Source: a virus. From it: 64,000 nucleotides of DNA. Location of the stretch: positions 1 through 64,000 of IMG/VR virus record IMGVR_UViG_3300031825_000008. One strand, written 5' to 3'. Within the stretch, counting starts at the first letter, position 1. Each line of letters begins with the position of its first letter. The notes beneath the pieces are model-generated. The model searched no databases and was not told where the DNA came from. It saw nothing but the letters and a program-made list of their open reading frames with translations. Positions 26,529 through 36,071 of this stretch are shown here, piece by piece. The translations under genes were made by a program, and so were the position numbers.

Positions 26529-26759
26529 TTAAAACACGAATTCATTGTATTTGGTGATGGCGCGGCGGACCCGATCCGCCTCTCCAGTATGGATAATTAC
26601 TGACTTAGCGTGGTAGTCAGCTGCTGCGTTGTGGATTTCTACGCTAGTGTTATGTGCTGACAGCTTCTTCTCCAATTTGGACACGATCTTGGCAATTGGG
26701 GAAGTTATTTGTTCGATTGTCTGATCGGTGTACCTGTTTCTAATCCAATCCTTGATCAT
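26529..26759 (-). CDS. Hypothetical protein
   Basis: ATGA coupling; 76 aa. Confidence 0.5.
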   Translation of the reverse strand: MIKDWIRNRYTDQTIEQITSPIAKIVSKLEKKLSAHNTSVEIHNAAADYHAKSVIIHTGEADRVRRAITKYNEFVF

Positions 26760-27250
26760 TTCTTGGTCCTCGTGACTGAAGTGGTTGGCATGATAGCTAC
26801 CGAAAACAACTCTGCGTCTAGTTCCTTGTTTTCTTCCCCCATCGATCGGGCCAGTGCAGACAAGGTGCTGGAGTTCACGGTGTCGGTGATGATATCACCC
26901 AACCCGTTCTCCCTCAGCCAATCAAACGCCTTGTCCTTCATATCCTTTTTGATGGAAGCACGTACGTTATGTGCCACCGTGACCCGGAACCCTTCTTCCA
27001 GATTGACCGATGGTACACCTGCCGCGTCGAATGCCTGCGGTAGCTTCTGGTCCTTGACCTCAAGGTAAAACTTGTCGAACGGCTTGAGGGCCTCTTCGAT
27101 GTTGTCCTTGACCGCGCGCAATGCCACGAACGCCCGCGTGAACTCAACCACCCCTTGACCCTCTGTCTCTTGCACCGCCTTCGTAAAGTCAGTCAGAGAC
27201 GCAACTAGGTCTGCGAGTTTTTCATCACAGAGGGTTTGTTTGGAAGTCAT
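26756..27250 (-). CDS. Hypothetical protein
   Basis: AGGGAA RBS; 164 aa. Confidence 0.55.
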   Translation of the reverse strand: MTSKQTLCDEKLADLVASLTDFTKAVQETEGQGVVEFTRAFVALRAVKDNIEEALKPFDKFYLEVKDQKLPQAFDAAGVPSVNLEEGFRVTVAHNVRASIKKDMKDKAFDWLRENGLGDIITDTVNSSTLSALARSMGEENKELDAELFSVAIMPTTSVTRTKK

Positions 27251-27578
27251 TGGTGTAGTTCCCTATGGTAATGGTCAACGGGTAGTATCCGCCCGCCTCA
27301 CGGTCGAAACGCAGCACCTTGAAGTCACCCCATCGATTGGCGAGCAGAGCGGCGAACGCGATAAGCTGCAGGTGATCACCCGCGATCAAAACGTAGTCGT
27401 GATCAGGATCAAACTCGTCGACCGCCTTTTCAAGTTTGGTCTGCACGTTGGCCGGGATGCGGTTGTTGACCGTCTCGTCCGGATAAACGTACCGACTGTT
27501 GACATAACGCACCGACCCGTAAGCCTCGGCGGGCGACACGTCCTCTTTCACTCGGTGAACTGCAAAAACTGTGGTCAC
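27225..27578 (-). CDS. Hypothetical protein
   Basis: GTG start; 117 aa. Confidence 0.5.
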   Translation of the reverse strand: MTTVFAVHRVKEDVSPAEAYGSVRYVNSRYVYPDETVNNRIPANVQTKLEKAVDEFDPDHDYVLIAGDHLQLIAFAALLANRWGDFKVLRFDREAGGYYPLTITIGNYTNDFQTNPL

Positions 27579-27808
27579 TGGGTCCGTCCTATTGCGCTCG
27601 CATTAGATCACACGCTACCGCCAAAAGCAACTTGTATTTACGGGCAGGCGTCGCAAACGTTTGGCGACGTAATATTCTAGGAAAGGAACGCCATGTCCGG
27701 GCTTTTTCCGCTGGTTCCAGCTGGAAATGCGAGGGTTTGACCCAACGATAAAACTAGTAAGAGCGGGCATGAAACCCGGCCCATACGCTCGTGGTCCGAA
27801 CGTTCTTC

Positions 27809-28192
27809 TCATTTGTACTTATCTCGAAACACAACGCGCGCCTCGGGCAGAGGCTTGCGGATGACCGGCTCCTGACGCCAGCCTTCGGGCCACGGGACGT
27901 CTTGCTTGAGGTCGCTCACCGTGTACGGCCCGATCCGGACGTGCTCGCCCTTGGCGATACGGGCACGCAGCGCCCCGCCCACGATCATACGAAACTGACC
28001 CGCGTTCTTGGCCTTGTGGGGAATGACATGGTCAAGCGCGTTGGTCTGCAGAACCTTAATCAGCTGATCCTGCGTCATTCCCAGCAGGGCGCGGGCCACC
28101 GCGTCCGCCGAATTGGCGGAGTAGTGGACCTTGCCCTCCGGGTCGCGAAGCTTGATGCGCTCGTACTTGTACTTATCAGAGATAACGTTCAC
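27809..28192 (-). CDS. Member 1 of a three-gene paralog family (GQxRM motif)
   Basis: KYKYERI...NAGQFRMIVGGALRARIAKGEHVRIG aligns with the 28195 and 46725 proteins. Confidence 0.5.
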   Translation of the reverse strand: MNVISDKYKYERIKLRDPEGKVHYSANSADAVARALLGMTQDQLIKVLQTNALDHVIPHKAKNAGQFRMIVGGALRARIAKGEHVRIGPYTVSDLKQDVPWPEGWRQEPVIRKPLPEARVVFRDKYK

Positions 28193-28194
28193 TT

Positions 28195-28770
28195 CTACAC
28201 CTCGAACTGTTGTACCAGAATTGCTCCCCCAATGTTGATTTCGTCACCCATCGCGAACTTGTTGCGCAACAGGTTGCCGATAGTCATCCGCTGCTGGCCG
28301 GGATTGAGACCCGCGTAGCGGTCCTTCCATACGTTGTTCGCGACTGCCACCTCCTTCAACTTGACGAGGCAGATGCGTACCTTGTTGCCATCCACCTTCT
28401 GTATATACGCCCGCAGTTCTTCGGCCATCTGGTCGCCGCACGAGTAGTCGCCGTTTTTCTTGTACTTGTCGCGGTACTTCGTCTTAATGATACTCCCCTT
28501 GATGATCTTCGGGACAGCGACAGGGCGCTCTTCCACTGGGGGCAGTTGCCCAACCACCACGGCGCGGGCGATGACTGGTTCGGTATCGTCGCGAATCGTC
28601 CGGATACGTTCAGCCTCGAGAGTAACGAGCGCCTCGGATAGTGCGGTCTTTGCCTTGATGCCGTGGGCGATGACGCGCTCGCCCTTGCGAGCCTCGATCC
28701 GACCCTCGGCCTCCACCAGCAAAATACCGGCTTCGGTGGCACGCTTGGAAACAGATGCATGGATAGCCAT
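28195..28770 (-). CDS. Member 2 of the GQQRM paralog family
   Basis: KTKYRDKYKKNGDYSCGDQMAEEL...LNPGQQRMTIGNLLRNKF. AGGAGGA RBS. First gene behind a consensus promoter. Confidence 0.55.
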   Translation of the reverse strand: MAIHASVSKRATEAGILLVEAEGRIEARKGERVIAHGIKAKTALSEALVTLEAERIRTIRDDTEPVIARAVVVGQLPPVEERPVAVPKIIKGSIIKTKYRDKYKKNGDYSCGDQMAEELRAYIQKVDGNKVRICLVKLKEVAVANNVWKDRYAGLNPGQQRMTIGNLLRNKFAMGDEINIGGAILVQQFEV

Positions 28771-28827
28771 CGTCTCATTTCCTCCTATTTCGGAGGTCCC
28801 GTGCAGGACCCCTCCACCCAACGACCC

Positions 28828-28856
28828 AGTGTACCATCGCGGCACACCTATGTCAA
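28828..28856 (-). promoter_or_regulatory. Sigma70-type promoter
   Basis: Minus strand reads TTGACA-17 nt-TACACT, with TGg just before the -10. Confidence 0.65.
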
Positions 28857-28875
28857 GCCTACTTGTACGACGCTT

Positions 28876-29157
28876 TTACGCATGTAGCCGCCTGCGCCGA
28901 CGCGGGCGACGGGTGGCGCGGGCATGGGCGGCACGTGCCCACCGGCCCCCATCGTCGGACCGCACGGACGGCCCGCCCCGGACCCGACGCAGCACGTCGG
29001 ACGCCTCAAGGGCGACCCCCGTGACGACGTTTGCCAGCTGATCTTCTGTCAAGCATGTCTGCCCCGCCGCGTGTGCGTGGAGCAGACCGTAAACCGCCAC
29101 CGCCCTATCCAAAGTCGCAACCATATCCAGTGCCTCTTGTTGTGTGATTTTTTTCAC
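28876..29157 (-). CDS. Hypothetical protein
   Basis: GTG start with AAAGGA RBS. The C-terminal Arg-rich tail looks non-native. Confidence 0.35.
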   Translation of the reverse strand: MKKITQQEALDMVATLDRAVAVYGLLHAHAAGQTCLTEDQLANVVTGVALEASDVLRRVRGGPSVRSDDGGRWARAAHARATRRPRRRRRLHA

Positions 29158-29169
29158 TGGCAGTCCTTT

Positions 29170-30429
29170 CTACTGCTTAGTCTTGCTTGCCTCCGTCTTC
29201 GTCGCCAGATAGGGTTCCAGCAGGTCGAGCATGTCGTCCTTGCTGCCTTTCGCCCAGCCCCAGTCCGTGAACAGCGCCGCAATAGCCTCGGCGTGGTCGC
29301 GAATGAACTGCGCCAAGTTCTCGTCATCCTTCTTCTGGTGATGCGCGAGTTGCTTGACATTGTTGGTATTGGCGGCGGCACCTTTCTCCGCAGCCTTCTT
29401 GTCGTCGCGGGCCTTCTTGAGGGCGTCTACTTCCTTCTTACGGTCGGACCAGTCCTTCATGGCGCAATTGATCATTACACCTCCCCTCATGTAGTATCCG
29501 TTGTAACGGTCCGGACAATAATTCTGCCCGCCAATGTCGTACTCGTCGGGGGCGAGCGCATTCATATAGTCTTCGTACTCTTCTCGTCCGTGCCAATGGC
29601 CGTGGCCCCCGTAACTGCCGCCGCCGCTGTAGCTATAGCTCTTATACCGGCTCTCGTTGTCACCGGGCTTGCGCACGATGGGCAGGTCCGAGACGTCAAT
29701 CTCGATCAGCTTCTCGCGCAGCTTGGCCACGTGCACGAGGTCAAGCGTCTCGTTGGACGAGTGCTCGCAGCTGAACCCAACCGACACGTTGGTGCATTCA
29801 GGGATTATGTCGACGTAACTGGCGGTGTCAGTGAACGTCCCGAACTCGTCCGTCTTGAAATTGTCACCTAGTTTCGCGCCCAGCGCCTTGGCAAACACGT
29901 CCGAGCAGCAGCGGGTGCCGCGTTGGAACGTGATGATGGAGTCCGTATTGCGGCGGTCGAAGGCGATGCACATTTGCACCCCCTCCCACGTGGCCTTGAT
30001 GATGTTTTTCGCCGCCCAACGCGACCCGAGCCCGCCGCGTTCTTCGCCACGATGAAAGACGTACAGACCGGGTTGCTTGGCCTTGATCATTTCGATCAGC
30101 AACCAAACGCCCGCCGTGTTGTCTGCGCCCAGACAGTTGGACTTGGACCTCGCGTCCAGCTTGATCTTTCCTCCTTCAGCCTTGATAAGCTGGTAGCCGC
30201 CTTGACGATGGACAGTGTCAGTGTGGGCCGACCACATAGCCAACGGCTTCTGACCGATCCATTTATATAGATTGCCGAAATCGTCTTGCTTGATGCCACC
30301 CAAGGGCATAATCCATTTGTCGATGAATTCACCCTCGGTGCGGGACCCATCAGGGCGCATGGACCTCAGCATTTCGTACAGAGGTTGCATTACCTTGATG
30401 GGGGTCTTCGTCTTGGCTAGGAAGGTCAT
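29170..30429 (-). CDS. M28/M20-like zinc exopeptidase domain with a Gly/Tyr/His-rich and charged C-terminal extension
   Basis: Ligand-like motifs SAHTDTV, GADNTAG, GEERGGLGS and CEH. GGGAGG RBS. Confidence 0.55.
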   Translation of the reverse strand: MTFLAKTKTPIKVMQPLYEMLRSMRPDGSRTEGEFIDKWIMPLGGIKQDDFGNLYKWIGQKPLAMWSAHTDTVHRQGGYQLIKAEGGKIKLDARSKSNCLGADNTAGVWLLIEMIKAKQPGLYVFHRGEERGGLGSRWAAKNIIKATWEGVQMCIAFDRRNTDSIITFQRGTRCCSDVFAKALGAKLGDNFKTDEFGTFTDTASYVDIIPECTNVSVGFSCEHSSNETLDLVHVAKLREKLIEIDVSDLPIVRKPGDNESRYKSYSYSGGGSYGGHGHWHGREEYEDYMNALAPDEYDIGGQNYCPDRYNGYYMRGGVMINCAMKDWSDRKKEVDALKKARDDKKAAEKGAAANTNNVKQLAHHQKKDDENLAQFIRDHAEAIAALFTDWGWAKGSKDDMLDLLEPYLATKTEASKTKQ

Positions 30430-30443
30430 ATGTGTGGCCTCCC

Positions 30444-31865
30444 TTAAAGGCCGGTGCGAATGTAGTAAGTACCGGTAGCAGCAGGGGTCTGAACAGAGCG
30501 CATAGCTTCTTCGGCCTGCTGCCGCGCCATGTCCTTCTCGCCGGGCTTGATCGGCACGTAGTCCTTGCCGTCGCGGCGGATCAGGTGCATGTCGTAATAC
30601 TCGCCGTCATTGGCCATGAACACGTACTTGTTGATGTACGCCTTCCACACCATCTGCGGCTTCGCGCCCATCTGAACGCGCGCCATCACGCCGTGGTCGT
30701 TGTGCACGAAATGGCTCGAGTAGTAGCACTTGAAGCCTTCCTTCTTCACGCAGGTGGCGCAGAAGTAAGCGTGGGTGCCGTCATCCTTGTCGGACGTCTT
30801 GAGCACCGCCATGTTGCGCACGGGCACCGCGCCGCCAGCATCGCACTTCGGGCAGCCGCCGGTCAGCATTTCGGTCACGCCCGACCCACCCGCGAAGTTG
30901 ATGGTCTTGGTGTTGTCCCTGGGATGCGCGCCGATCCGCAGGTAGTCGCCGTCGACGTGAAGGTGATTGTCGGTGTTATCGACGTGCGGGACCGCAAAGG
31001 AGAAATTGGGGTCCTTGGCCTTGGTCTGCTTGGACCGGATTTTGAGCAGTCGCGCACCAATGACGGAGCCCGCTTTGTACCCTTCCTTGTCCAGCAACGG
31101 ACGCAAACGCGCCGTATCGCCGTAGCCCGTCGAATTGTAGATTTTCCTCTCGGGCCAGATGATGAAGCGGGCCGAAGGCCGGTCGTCGCGGATCAGGTAC
31201 GCGACCTGCAAGTCACCCGCCGCATAACCGCGCACCGGGTGCTTTTCGGTCGGATACACACCCTTCTCTTTGCTCATACACGACTGCGGGCCGCGAACGT
31301 ACACGTCCTCGATTTCATCCTCGGTCGTCGCAAAGTGGATGATGTTGCCCTCGTACTGGTTCGAGAACTTGGAGCAGAGGTCCTTGATGACGTGCGGGCT
31401 GAGGATACCTGCCTTGCCGAAAAACTGCTCCAGATAGCGGCCCGGCTTGATCCGGGTCTGAATATCAGCAGCCCCCTTCTCGGCGCTCTCGGTGAAGGCG
31501 ATGAACGCCTCTTTCTGCACCGACGCGTGGGGGTAGTGGTCGGCCCAAATCGGCTTGAGGTCGAGCCACCAACGGTCCTTGGCCCACGGTAGGGCCAGAT
31601 AGTCCTTCTTGGTCATCCGCGCTTCTTCGCGCTCGCGCCACTTGTCGTCGTTGATCGGACGCGGTTGGTACTTGGCGTTGTTGACCTTCGACAGGCGGTC
31701 GGCCTCGGCGGCGGCTTCCTTACCGGAGGCAAACTTCAGGAGTTCGCCATGGTCGTCGTACACGGGCAAGGCCCCGCCGGGGGCCAATTCAACGATCACG
31801 AACTTGGCACCTTCGCCAAGGGTCTGCGCGACCAAACGCGCGGCAGTTGTCTGATTGCGAGCCAC
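30444..31865 (-). CDS. Large hypothetical protein with a Cys4 zinc-ribbon-like segment
   Basis: 473 aa; CPKCDAGG...CATCVKKEGFKC; GTG start. Confidence 0.55.
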   Translation of the reverse strand: MARNQTTAARLVAQTLGEGAKFVIVELAPGGALPVYDDHGELLKFASGKEAAAEADRLSKVNNAKYQPRPINDDKWREREEARMTKKDYLALPWAKDRWWLDLKPIWADHYPHASVQKEAFIAFTESAEKGAADIQTRIKPGRYLEQFFGKAGILSPHVIKDLCSKFSNQYEGNIIHFATTEDEIEDVYVRGPQSCMSKEKGVYPTEKHPVRGYAAGDLQVAYLIRDDRPSARFIIWPERKIYNSTGYGDTARLRPLLDKEGYKAGSVIGARLLKIRSKQTKAKDPNFSFAVPHVDNTDNHLHVDGDYLRIGAHPRDNTKTINFAGGSGVTEMLTGGCPKCDAGGAVPVRNMAVLKTSDKDDGTHAYFCATCVKKEGFKCYYSSHFVHNDHGVMARVQMGAKPQMVWKAYINKYVFMANDGEYYDMHLIRRDGKDYVPIKPGEKDMARQQAEEAMRSVQTPAATGTYYIRTGL

Positions 31866-31892
31866 GATGATAACCCCTATGTTTCAATCTCG

Positions 31893-31931
31893 GAGAAAAG
31901 ACCCGTGGGCTACGCGATACCAGCCCACGGG
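31893..31931 (-). terminator. Rho-independent terminator
   Basis: Minus strand: CCCGTGGGCT-10 nt-AGCCCACGGG, then TCTTTTCTCC. Confidence 0.7.
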
Positions 31932-31962
31932 CAATTCAGGGACGCAGATGCGTCGGGCCGAC

Positions 31963-32226
31963 TTAGGCGAACTGAAGATTGACGGGGTCGTTGTGGACCG
32001 TCATCTTCGCTTCGTTCAGCTTGTCGGTGTGGTAACCGAGCTTGTGACCCGGCTTCTGCGGGCGGCTCGACAGGTACACGATGGTGCCGTGCGAGCGGTC
32101 GCGCTTGCTGGAGGGACCGGAGACAAGCCACACGGAGCCGGACGCGCCGCGCAGGAGCTTCGGGTAGTAACCGTTCGCCGGGACCGAGCGGGCCGGGGCG
32201 GACGTGGTGGAACGAAGAGCGGGCAT
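31963..32226 (-). CDS. Hypothetical small protein with its own RBS and terminator
   Basis: AGGAGG RBS; 87 aa; followed by a strong terminator. Confidence 0.5.
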   Translation of the reverse strand: MPALRSTTSAPARSVPANGYYPKLLRGASGSVWLVSGPSSKRDRSHGTIVYLSSRPQKPGHKLGYHTDKLNEAKMTVHNDPVNLQFA

Positions 32227-32258
32227 ATATAACCTCCTAGGTTCGGTTGCCTGCTGAC

Positions 32259-32888
32259 TTACCCCTGACCCGTATGATCAGGGGATTGGTTACCGCGCGC
32301 CTGCTCAGCGCGACGGTGTAAAAGGTCGGCGGTCTCTTCCGTCGTAGGAAGGCGATACGCGCCGCGATGGATTCGTACCAGCATGCCTTGCTGCGTCATC
32401 CGATTGAGAACGTTGCTGGCGTTGGCTGCCGACAGGCCCGCCGCCGCAAAGGCATCGGCAATGTCGGTAAAGTGAGCGACGGTCCTGTCTCCCGCCAACA
32501 TTTGCTTGATGATCTTACGATATGGATTGGCCTCTTCGAGAATGTGGCCACCAGCCTTGAGTTTGGGGTGCGTCGGCGCGAACCTGCGCACTTGCACGTG
32601 TCCAACCTCCAGCGGGCGATTATCCGCCGCGCCCCGCGCAAACGGCTTGGACTCTTCGTCGTCCGGACGCACAATCAGCCGGTCCACGTTGGCGCTCGTG
32701 ACCAGCGGGATGATCGTCCCCAACTGGTCGTACAGGCACGCAAACGATATGCGGTGCGCGTCGGCGGTTGCAGGCTGAGTGTTGAGTGCTGTCACGTCTT
32801 TCACCAAAAGTCCGATCAGGTCGCCCACTCTGTCCGCTCCAACTTCAAACTGGATGCGGTAGCGTCTTGGGCCTGCAACTTCGGTCAT
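32259..32888 (-). CDS. Protein with a C-terminal winged-HTH (AbiEi/MarR-like)
   Basis: NASNVLNRMTQQGMLVRIHRGAYRL. Confidence 0.45.
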   Translation of the reverse strand: MTEVAGPRRYRIQFEVGADRVGDLIGLLVKDVTALNTQPATADAHRISFACLYDQLGTIIPLVTSANVDRLIVRPDDEESKPFARGAADNRPLEVGHVQVRRFAPTHPKLKAGGHILEEANPYRKIIKQMLAGDRTVAHFTDIADAFAAAGLSAANASNVLNRMTQQGMLVRIHRGAYRLPTTEETADLLHRRAEQARGNQSPDHTGQG

Positions 32889-32959
32889 GTCGACCCCTAT
32901 CTAGTGCGCCACACTACCACGGGGGCAGAGGGCATGCCACGAGCGTTTGATGCCAACTA

Positions 32960-35179
32960 TCAAAATTCCACATGAACTGGGCGCTCGTCCGGTCCCGGTT
33001 CTTGTGGCCATTCAATCTCCTGCCCAATGAACGCGCAGAAGGCCGCACGACATTCGGCCAGATTGGGCATGTTCATGATCGTGTAGTGCTTGGAAGGCAA
33101 CAGTTTGACCTCTCGCGGGGCGTCGTCCGCCATCGGGTTCGTGAAGTACCGCTGCTCACGGTGTAGCTTAACTCCCACCATCTTGTCGAGCAGTGTTGCA
33201 AATCCAATGCGGTCCGGGATGGCCTTGCCTCCGCGTTCTCTCGAGCGGAGCAGCATGGACACGTAAAGCGCATGCGCGCTGACGCGTTCAGGCCATTCTT
33301 TCCCTTGAGGCTTAGTCGCCCATGACATATAATCAGGAAGGACTTGTCCCTGTTTGAGCGTGTCGAGCCACCATGCCTGCACCGGGTCCAAGTTAATCTG
33401 TTTCATGTTACCCAGCGCCTCGTTCTTCACGTTAGTGCGAGGGATCATGGGGTCGTAGTCCATGTGCAACAAATGATGGAACAGTGCCTGTGGACCTTTG
33501 TTGCGCTTCTCTTCCAAGAACGCCTTGATCAGTTCAGGCTTTACCTTTCGCTGTCCCATTTCGATCACAGTGAAGCGTCGGTCGCCCACTTCGGCGGGGG
33601 CGGCATGTGCCTCGTTCGAGGTCAGCGCCAGTCGCATGAAGTTCTTCACATGCTTAGCGTCGATGCCTTTTTGTTCGAAGATGCGGGTCTCATCGGTGAT
33701 CAACGACTTGATGATGCCGCGATGTTTCTTGTCTCCGCCGAACAATGCCTCTTCTGAGTGGAGCATCAACGTCGTCGCCAGATGCTTATTGAAGCGACCG
33801 TAAATGTGCTCTTCATTCGTTACCTTGATGTAGGCCGAACCTAGGATCGCGCCGAAATAATCCATGAGCATAGACTTACCCGCGCCCTGCACCCCGATCA
33901 GGACCGGCGCGGTCATTGACTTTTCCAACGGTTCACGCACGATATTGGCGAACCAGTGAAGCATCCACTGATAAAGCGTGTCGTCCCCACCACATATCGT
34001 GTAATATAGAAGGTCGAGCCACGCCTGACACGAACCACTGGGATCGGGCTCCATCGCCCAGCCGGTCCACAGGTTCAAGATGGGAGACGTGTCTTCCACT
34101 CCGGGGATGAAATCGACCGACCGGTAACTGCGACGGCGCGGGTTCGCCAGCCACACTCGGGCGCGCGGCACCTTCTTCTCGTCTATCGTAATGGTGTCGG
34201 TCGCCATGATGTTCAAGAAGTCTTCCTTCCCGAAGAAGGTCGGGGGCTGACCCTTCTCGATCACGGACGTTTCCGCGATGCGGAACTTTCCTTCCATCGA
34301 CACCACTGCGAATCGTTCGTTGTAATCCTGCAACAGGGCGGCAGACGTATTGCCCGCCCATTCGAGAATGCGGTCGACAAGGCGGTCGTCGCCCAAGAAC
34401 GAACGAAGAGTGTTGGACCCGGTGACCTTACCGCCCTTCTCTCCTTTCCCGTAGGTGATCCCGACGGTGCGAAGTCGAGTGCGGTCAGTGTCGCCCGTGT
34501 ACTCCATGATCGCAGAAATCATGGATTTGGTTTCTTCAATACCCCATTCCAGATAATAGAACATTCCGGAAAGGTGCTTGCAGATTTCGTTGCGCTGACC
34601 GTCCGCCCACATGTGGCGAGTGATAAGCGTGGCGATGGCCACCTTCTTTACCGCAAACTCCAGCAGGCCGACCTCGACACGCGGCACGTCCGGAAACGCG
34701 TGGTCCGACCATTCGATCAACTCTCCGGTTCCTTCGTGGATCGAACCCGGAAACACAGTCTGGTGGCCACCGTCGGCCCGAATTTCAATGATCGTGTCTT
34801 TCGATAGCGGGTCGCCGTACGCCTTCTTCGCTAGTTCTTCAATCTCCGGTCGGTACAGGTAATGACTGCGGGGCTTGGACTTGCGGCCAAAGATGGCACT
34901 AGTCGGAGGGAGAAAACACTTGGCGAAGAACACAGCCTCGTCGCAATCGAGGTCCACGTCAGTCGGCCCACCAGCCTTTGGCCCGGTCACCGCCCCAATG
35001 CCTAGGTCCCGTTTCAGCCACAGGTCGTCGGACGGGTCATATTTCGGATCGACGTAATTACGGTCCACCGATGCCTTGGACGCTTTATGCAGCGCCACCG
35101 GCTTGAAACCCTGCTTGCGCATCCATTTGAGGGTTTGAATTACGGCGTCGGTCGACTTAGGCTGGGTCTCGGCGGACAT
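32960..35179 (-). CDS. Bifunctional primase-polymerase / SF3 (D5/P4-alpha-like) helicase
   Basis: N-terminal prim-pol-like block (GIGAVTG...DVDLDCDE). Walker A GVQGAGKS. Walker B-like LMLHSEEA. Confidence 0.8.
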   Translation of the reverse strand: MSAETQPKSTDAVIQTLKWMRKQGFKPVALHKASKASVDRNYVDPKYDPSDDLWLKRDLGIGAVTGPKAGGPTDVDLDCDEAVFFAKCFLPPTSAIFGRKSKPRSHYLYRPEIEELAKKAYGDPLSKDTIIEIRADGGHQTVFPGSIHEGTGELIEWSDHAFPDVPRVEVGLLEFAVKKVAIATLITRHMWADGQRNEICKHLSGMFYYLEWGIEETKSMISAIMEYTGDTDRTRLRTVGITYGKGEKGGKVTGSNTLRSFLGDDRLVDRILEWAGNTSAALLQDYNERFAVVSMEGKFRIAETSVIEKGQPPTFFGKEDFLNIMATDTITIDEKKVPRARVWLANPRRRSYRSVDFIPGVEDTSPILNLWTGWAMEPDPSGSCQAWLDLLYYTICGGDDTLYQWMLHWFANIVREPLEKSMTAPVLIGVQGAGKSMLMDYFGAILGSAYIKVTNEEHIYGRFNKHLATTLMLHSEEALFGGDKKHRGIIKSLITDETRIFEQKGIDAKHVKNFMRLALTSNEAHAAPAEVGDRRFTVIEMGQRKVKPELIKAFLEEKRNKGPQALFHHLLHMDYDPMIPRTNVKNEALGNMKQINLDPVQAWWLDTLKQGQVLPDYMSWATKPQGKEWPERVSAHALYVSMLLRSRERGGKAIPDRIGFATLLDKMVGVKLHREQRYFTNPMADDAPREVKLLPSKHYTIMNMPNLAECRAAFCAFIGQEIEWPQEPGPDERPVHVEF

Positions 35180-35457
35180 TACATTCCTTGAACTTTGTTG
35201 GCGGCGTCCCGCAGGCTCATTGCGAGCGCGGCCAGCTTCACCCTATTGGGGAGACGGGCGACAACCATGTCGGACGGGGCAATCTTGTTGGCGCGGCGGT
35301 CCACGCGTTCCAAGAACGCCTCCAGCGCGTGGAGCGTGGTTGAAGCATGCCTCGACCACTTTAGCAATTCATTTACCTCATTGACACGACGCAACCGGCG
35401 TACTTGCGCGCGGGTCAGGCGCGTGTATTCGCCCTTCTTCCGGGTGTATAGGCTCAT
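35179..35457 (-). CDS. Hypothetical protein
   Basis: ATGA coupling; 92 aa. Confidence 0.5.
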   Translation of the reverse strand: MSLYTRKKGEYTRLTRAQVRRLRRVNEVNELLKWSRHASTTLHALEAFLERVDRRANKIAPSDMVVARLPNRVKLAALAMSLRDAANKVQGM

Positions 35458-35930
35458 TCCGCAATTCCTATGGTAAGAAGAGTCGCATCGGGGGTCTCGA
35501 TCAGGGATTTCTGTCCCACGACGTTTACCTTCTTTCCGATAACCCGTTCGGCGATACCACACGTATCCAAAGTTTCATATTCCTTCGGGGGGATGCCTGC
35601 CTCGTACGTGAAACCGTCCCGCTGTACCACCCGGATCATCATTTCGCCGGGGTTGCACCCGCCGATTGGGTCGGCCATGGTGTCGTAAAAGTAGAACGAA
35701 TATCCCATCGGGTCGTTCTTTATACGATCCTTCTTGGCTTCCCAGTCCTCCAACAGCACCCCATACATTTCGTACCCGCGACCGGGGACCCAACGCGGGG
35801 GATACATTGGAGTGTCCACGACGACACACTTATTACCCAAATAGCCGCTCAGTCCATGATAACCTCCGCTGTTATCAGCACGGGCCATAACAAACATCTG
35901 CCACGGCTTCAATCTGGGTTTGGTTGCCAT
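35454..35930 (-). CDS. Hypothetical protein
   Basis: AAGGAAG RBS; ATG at 35930. Confidence 0.55.
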   Translation of the reverse strand: MATKPRLKPWQMFVMARADNSGGYHGLSGYLGNKCVVVDTPMYPPRWVPGRGYEMYGVLLEDWEAKKDRIKNDPMGYSFYFYDTMADPIGGCNPGEMMIRVVQRDGFTYEAGIPPKEYETLDTCGIAERVIGKKVNVVGQKSLIETPDATLLTIGIAE

Positions 35931-36071
35931 CACGTCTTCCTTTTATGGGCGAGCCCGACCGTCCCGTCTGCTCGACTTGGCTAGGTGCCTAGCCACACCC
36001 GCCCAGCACGCGCAAGGTGCGCCGCATGGGTGGATCGTAGCACGGACGGGCGGACCGTGCGACGGGGGTTG

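Noticed and set aside
28924-29871. 315-aa plus-strand ORF
   Set aside because: It is antisense to the peptidase-like gene and to the 28876 gene. It shows shadow-ORF composition and has no RBS.
30432-31592. 386-aa plus-strand ORF
   Set aside because: It is antisense to the 473-aa minus-strand gene. Its composition is the Arg/Val/His/Gly/Leu-rich shadow typical of GC-rich coding DNA, and it has no RBS. The minus-strand frame has sensible composition and context.
32259-32888. Lysogeny module (CI-like repressor, integrase)
   Set aside because: The window contains no integrase, excisionase or divergent repressor/cro pair. The wHTH protein alone does not support a temperate lifestyle.
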